Assembly (NCBI GenBank): GCA_965112155.1
Contig: OZ218114.1
Length of the DNA stretch: 64,000 nucleotides
Reading direction: 5' to 3' (one strand)
DNA from: Podarcis liolepis
Taxonomy: Eukaryota
In this document: in pieces, positions 61,928 to 64,000 of the stretch
Layout: every line of letters starts with the position of its first letter
How positions within the stretch are numbered: position 1 is the first letter of the stretch
Position numbers and translations under genes: made by a program
Notes under the pieces: generated by a model
Database searches by the model: none
Seen by the model: the letters and a program-made list of their open reading frames with translations, nothing else
Told to the model about the DNA's origin: nothing

Positions 61928-62529
61928 CCGTATTTTTCGCCCTATAGGACGCACTTTTTCCCCTCCAAAAATGAAGGGGAAATGTGTGTGCGTCCTATGG
62001 GGCAAATGCAGGCTTTCGCTGAAGCCTGGAAAGCGAGAGGGGTCGGTGCGCACCGACCCCTCTCGTTCTCCAGGCTTCAGGACAGCCGCAGCGCCAACCC
62101 CACAAGGTCGGGGGACAGCGGGGAGGCGGAATGCCGCCATCCCGCTGTCTCCCGATGTGGTTTGGAGGCTGACGGTGGGGAGACCCGTGCTTCTCCCCGC
62201 CGCCAGCCCCGCAAGCTCCGGGGACAGCTGGGAGGCGCAGCGCGTCTTCCCGCTGTCCCCGGACCTGGTCTGCAGGCGGGTGGCGGGGAGAAGAGCGCTT
62301 CTCCCTGCCGCCTGCCCCGCAAGCTCCGGGGACAGCTGGGAGGCGCAGCGCATCTTCTCGGTGTCCCCGGACCTGGTCTGCAGGCAGGCGGCGGGGAGAA
62401 GAGCGCTTCTCCCCGCTGCCGGCCACACAAGCGCCTGGGGGGGAAATAAAATTTATTTTCTTTATTTCCTCCCCCAAAAAACTTGGTGCATCCTATGGGC
62501 CGGTGCGTCCTATGGGGCGAAAAATACGG
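61928..62529. mobile_element. Tc1/mariner-superfamily (Tc2/pogo-like) non-autonomous element, 602 bp
   Basis: TA duplication (61926-61927 / 62530-62531); 27-bp TIRs CCGTATTTTTCGCCCTATAGGACGCAC / GTGCGTCCTATGGGGCGAAAAATACGG (1 mismatch); GC-rich interior with 108-bp tandem units. Confidence 0.9.
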
Positions 62530-62552
62530 TATTTGGAGGTGGCTATCATATC

Positions 62553-63468
62553 ACTATAGGGACATGGGTGGCGCTGTGGTCTAAACCACTGAGCCTCTAG
62601 GACTTGCCGATCAGAAGGTTGGCATTTCGAATCCCCGCGACAGGGTGAGCTCCTGTTGCTCTGTTCAAGCTCCTGCCCACCTAGCAGTTCGAAAGCACAT
62701 CAAAGTGCAAGTAGATAAAAATTTTACACGTCACTTGGGAAGTGTATTGGAAGAAGCAAAGATCAGCAGTGAGGATTCTTCAACATCAACTTTGCTGGAC
62801 TGGTCATGTTGTGTGGATGCCTTATGATCGTCTTCCAAAGCAACTACTCTATTGTGAACTTAAAAATGGAAAGCATAATGCTGGGGGTCAACATAAGAGG
62901 TTTAAAAACTGTCTCAAGGCAAATCTAAAAGAATGTATAAACACTGACAACTTGGAAACACTGGCCTGCGAGTGCTCCAGTTGAAGAACAGCAGTTACCA
63001 AAGGTGTCATGGGCTTTGAAGACACTTGAACTCAGGACGCAAAGGGAGAAACATGCTAAGAGGAAGGCAAGCTTGGCAAAACCACACCGTGATCAACTCC
63101 TGCGCAGAAATGTCCCCACTGTGGAAGGACGTGTGGATCCAGAATTGGCCTCCATAGTCACTTAAAGACTCATTGTTAAAACTGTGTTTATGGAAGACAG
63201 TCTTACTCGGCTATGAGGGATCGCCAAAGAAGAAGAAGAAGATAAATAGGTACTGCTCCAGCAGGAAGGTAAACAGTGTTTCCATGCTCTGCTCTGGTTT
63301 CGGTGTTTGGTTTCGCCAGAAGCGTCTTAGTCATGCTGGCCACATGACCCGGAGAAACAGTGCGGACAAACGCTGGCTCCCTCAGCCTGTAAAGCGAGAT
63401 GAGTGCCGCAACCCCAGAGTCGCCTGCAACTGGACTTAACTGTCAGGGGTACTTTACCTTTACCTTTT
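62553..63468 (+). mobile_element. Sauria SINE interrupted by an RTE LINE fragment
   Basis: Head 62559-62719 and tail 63247-63468 are collinear with the other copies; 9-bp TSD TATCATATC (62544-62552 / 63469-63477). Confidence 0.9.
62720..63239 (+). mobile_element. 5'-truncated RTE-clade LINE (ORF C-terminus with C2H2-like finger, (GAA)n tail)
   Basis: QLCWTGHVVWMPYDRLPKQLLYCELKNGK...GGQHKRFKNCLK, downstream CPHCGRTCGSRIGLHSHLKTH, (GAA)n tail, 7-bp TSD AGATAAA (62713-62719 / 63240-63246). Confidence 0.88.
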
Positions 63469-64000
63469 TATCATATCTCCTCTCAGTCTTCTCCAGGCTA
63501 TGTGCAAAGTGTGTATAGGCTCCCTGGTTACTACTCCAAAAAACCCAAAGGTGAGCCTCTCATTTCTGTGCGTTTTGGCGAAGCAGAATTTAGGATGTTT
63601 CAAAAGAACGCCCCCAGTTTCCCTACAATAGCAGCTGAACAATGAAAGTAAGCCAGAGGTCAAGAATGTCAGTCAGACTGAGGAGCCGTGATGAATTATC
63701 TGAGAAGAGCTGTGTTATGTTTCCATCTCTCTCTGAAAGCAACCAGAGGTGGGTGGTGGGTTGCTCATCCTTTTCACTACCTGTTGGCTCCACAATCTGT
63801 TTGTCAGTGAGCGGAACAGCATATTTTGGTATTGACCAAGAAGGAGAAAAACAATGGAACATGGGAGTCTGTTGCATAGTGCAGCCTTGCCTGCTCTTGG
63901 GCAGCTCCCGAGAGGATATCTAGCCGTCATTATTCCCACATGGAGTCCAAATTCATATTTCTTTTCTCAAATTTTTTGATTTACTGCATTTATATACCAC

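Larger units (their letters stand above)
61633..63500 (-). mobile_element. CR1 LINE 3' fragment in three pieces (61633-61927, 62530-62552, 63478-63500), interrupted by two insertions
   Basis: CR1 tail tagaatcatagaa; minus-strand peptide GRTQTNGYKLQGRRFQLNIRKN...SPSLEVFKQR; sequence reads continuously (ccctttagaTAtttggaggtggcTATCATATCtcctctcagtcttctccaggcta) once inserts are removed. Confidence 0.85.

Noticed and set aside
62081-62420. Regularly spaced repeats that might suggest a CRISPR-like array
   Set aside because: Units are contiguous tandem copies without unique spacers, inside TIRs, in a vertebrate genome with no cas genes.
61805-62600. Five overlapping 117-209 aa ORFs on both strands
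   Set aside because: Artefact of a GC-rich non-autonomous transposon with 108-bp repeats; no transposase motifs.

Overview
Vertebrate (non-microbial) genomic DNA, almost certainly a squamate and most likely a lacertid lizard, judged by Sauria-type SINEs and the squamate CR1/L2/RTE/hAT repeat set. The window holds the 3' half of CADM1 (SynCAM1/TSLC1/Necl-2) on the + strand. Seven coding exons are visible, numbered by analogy to the human gene: exon 6 (9861-9960) and exon 7 (11436-11608) encode the third Ig domain; three small phase-1/phase-1 stalk exons follow (17418-17483, 29749-29781, 41919-41972); then the transmembrane exon (54860-54991) and the last exon (55959-56077, FERM-binding motif and PDZ motif EYFI) with a ~3.1 kb 3'UTR ending near AATAAA at 59198. 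Exons 1-5 lie upstream of the window. The rest is intron and downstream DNA with transposon relics, microsatellites and probable conserved non-coding elements; almost all ORFs in the supplied track are spurious. I found no new protein-coding system. The most notable items are the combinatorial stalk micro-exons and their splicing signals (RBFOX motif cluster, read-through stops with intronic poly(A) signals), a candidate sulfotyrosine in exon 10, palindromic MITEs bracketing the cassette exons, a promoter-like hAT MITE, and a four-element nested transposon stack at 61.6-63.5 kb with intact target-site duplications. Comparisons to human CADM1 and repeat family names are from recalled knowledge, not database searches.
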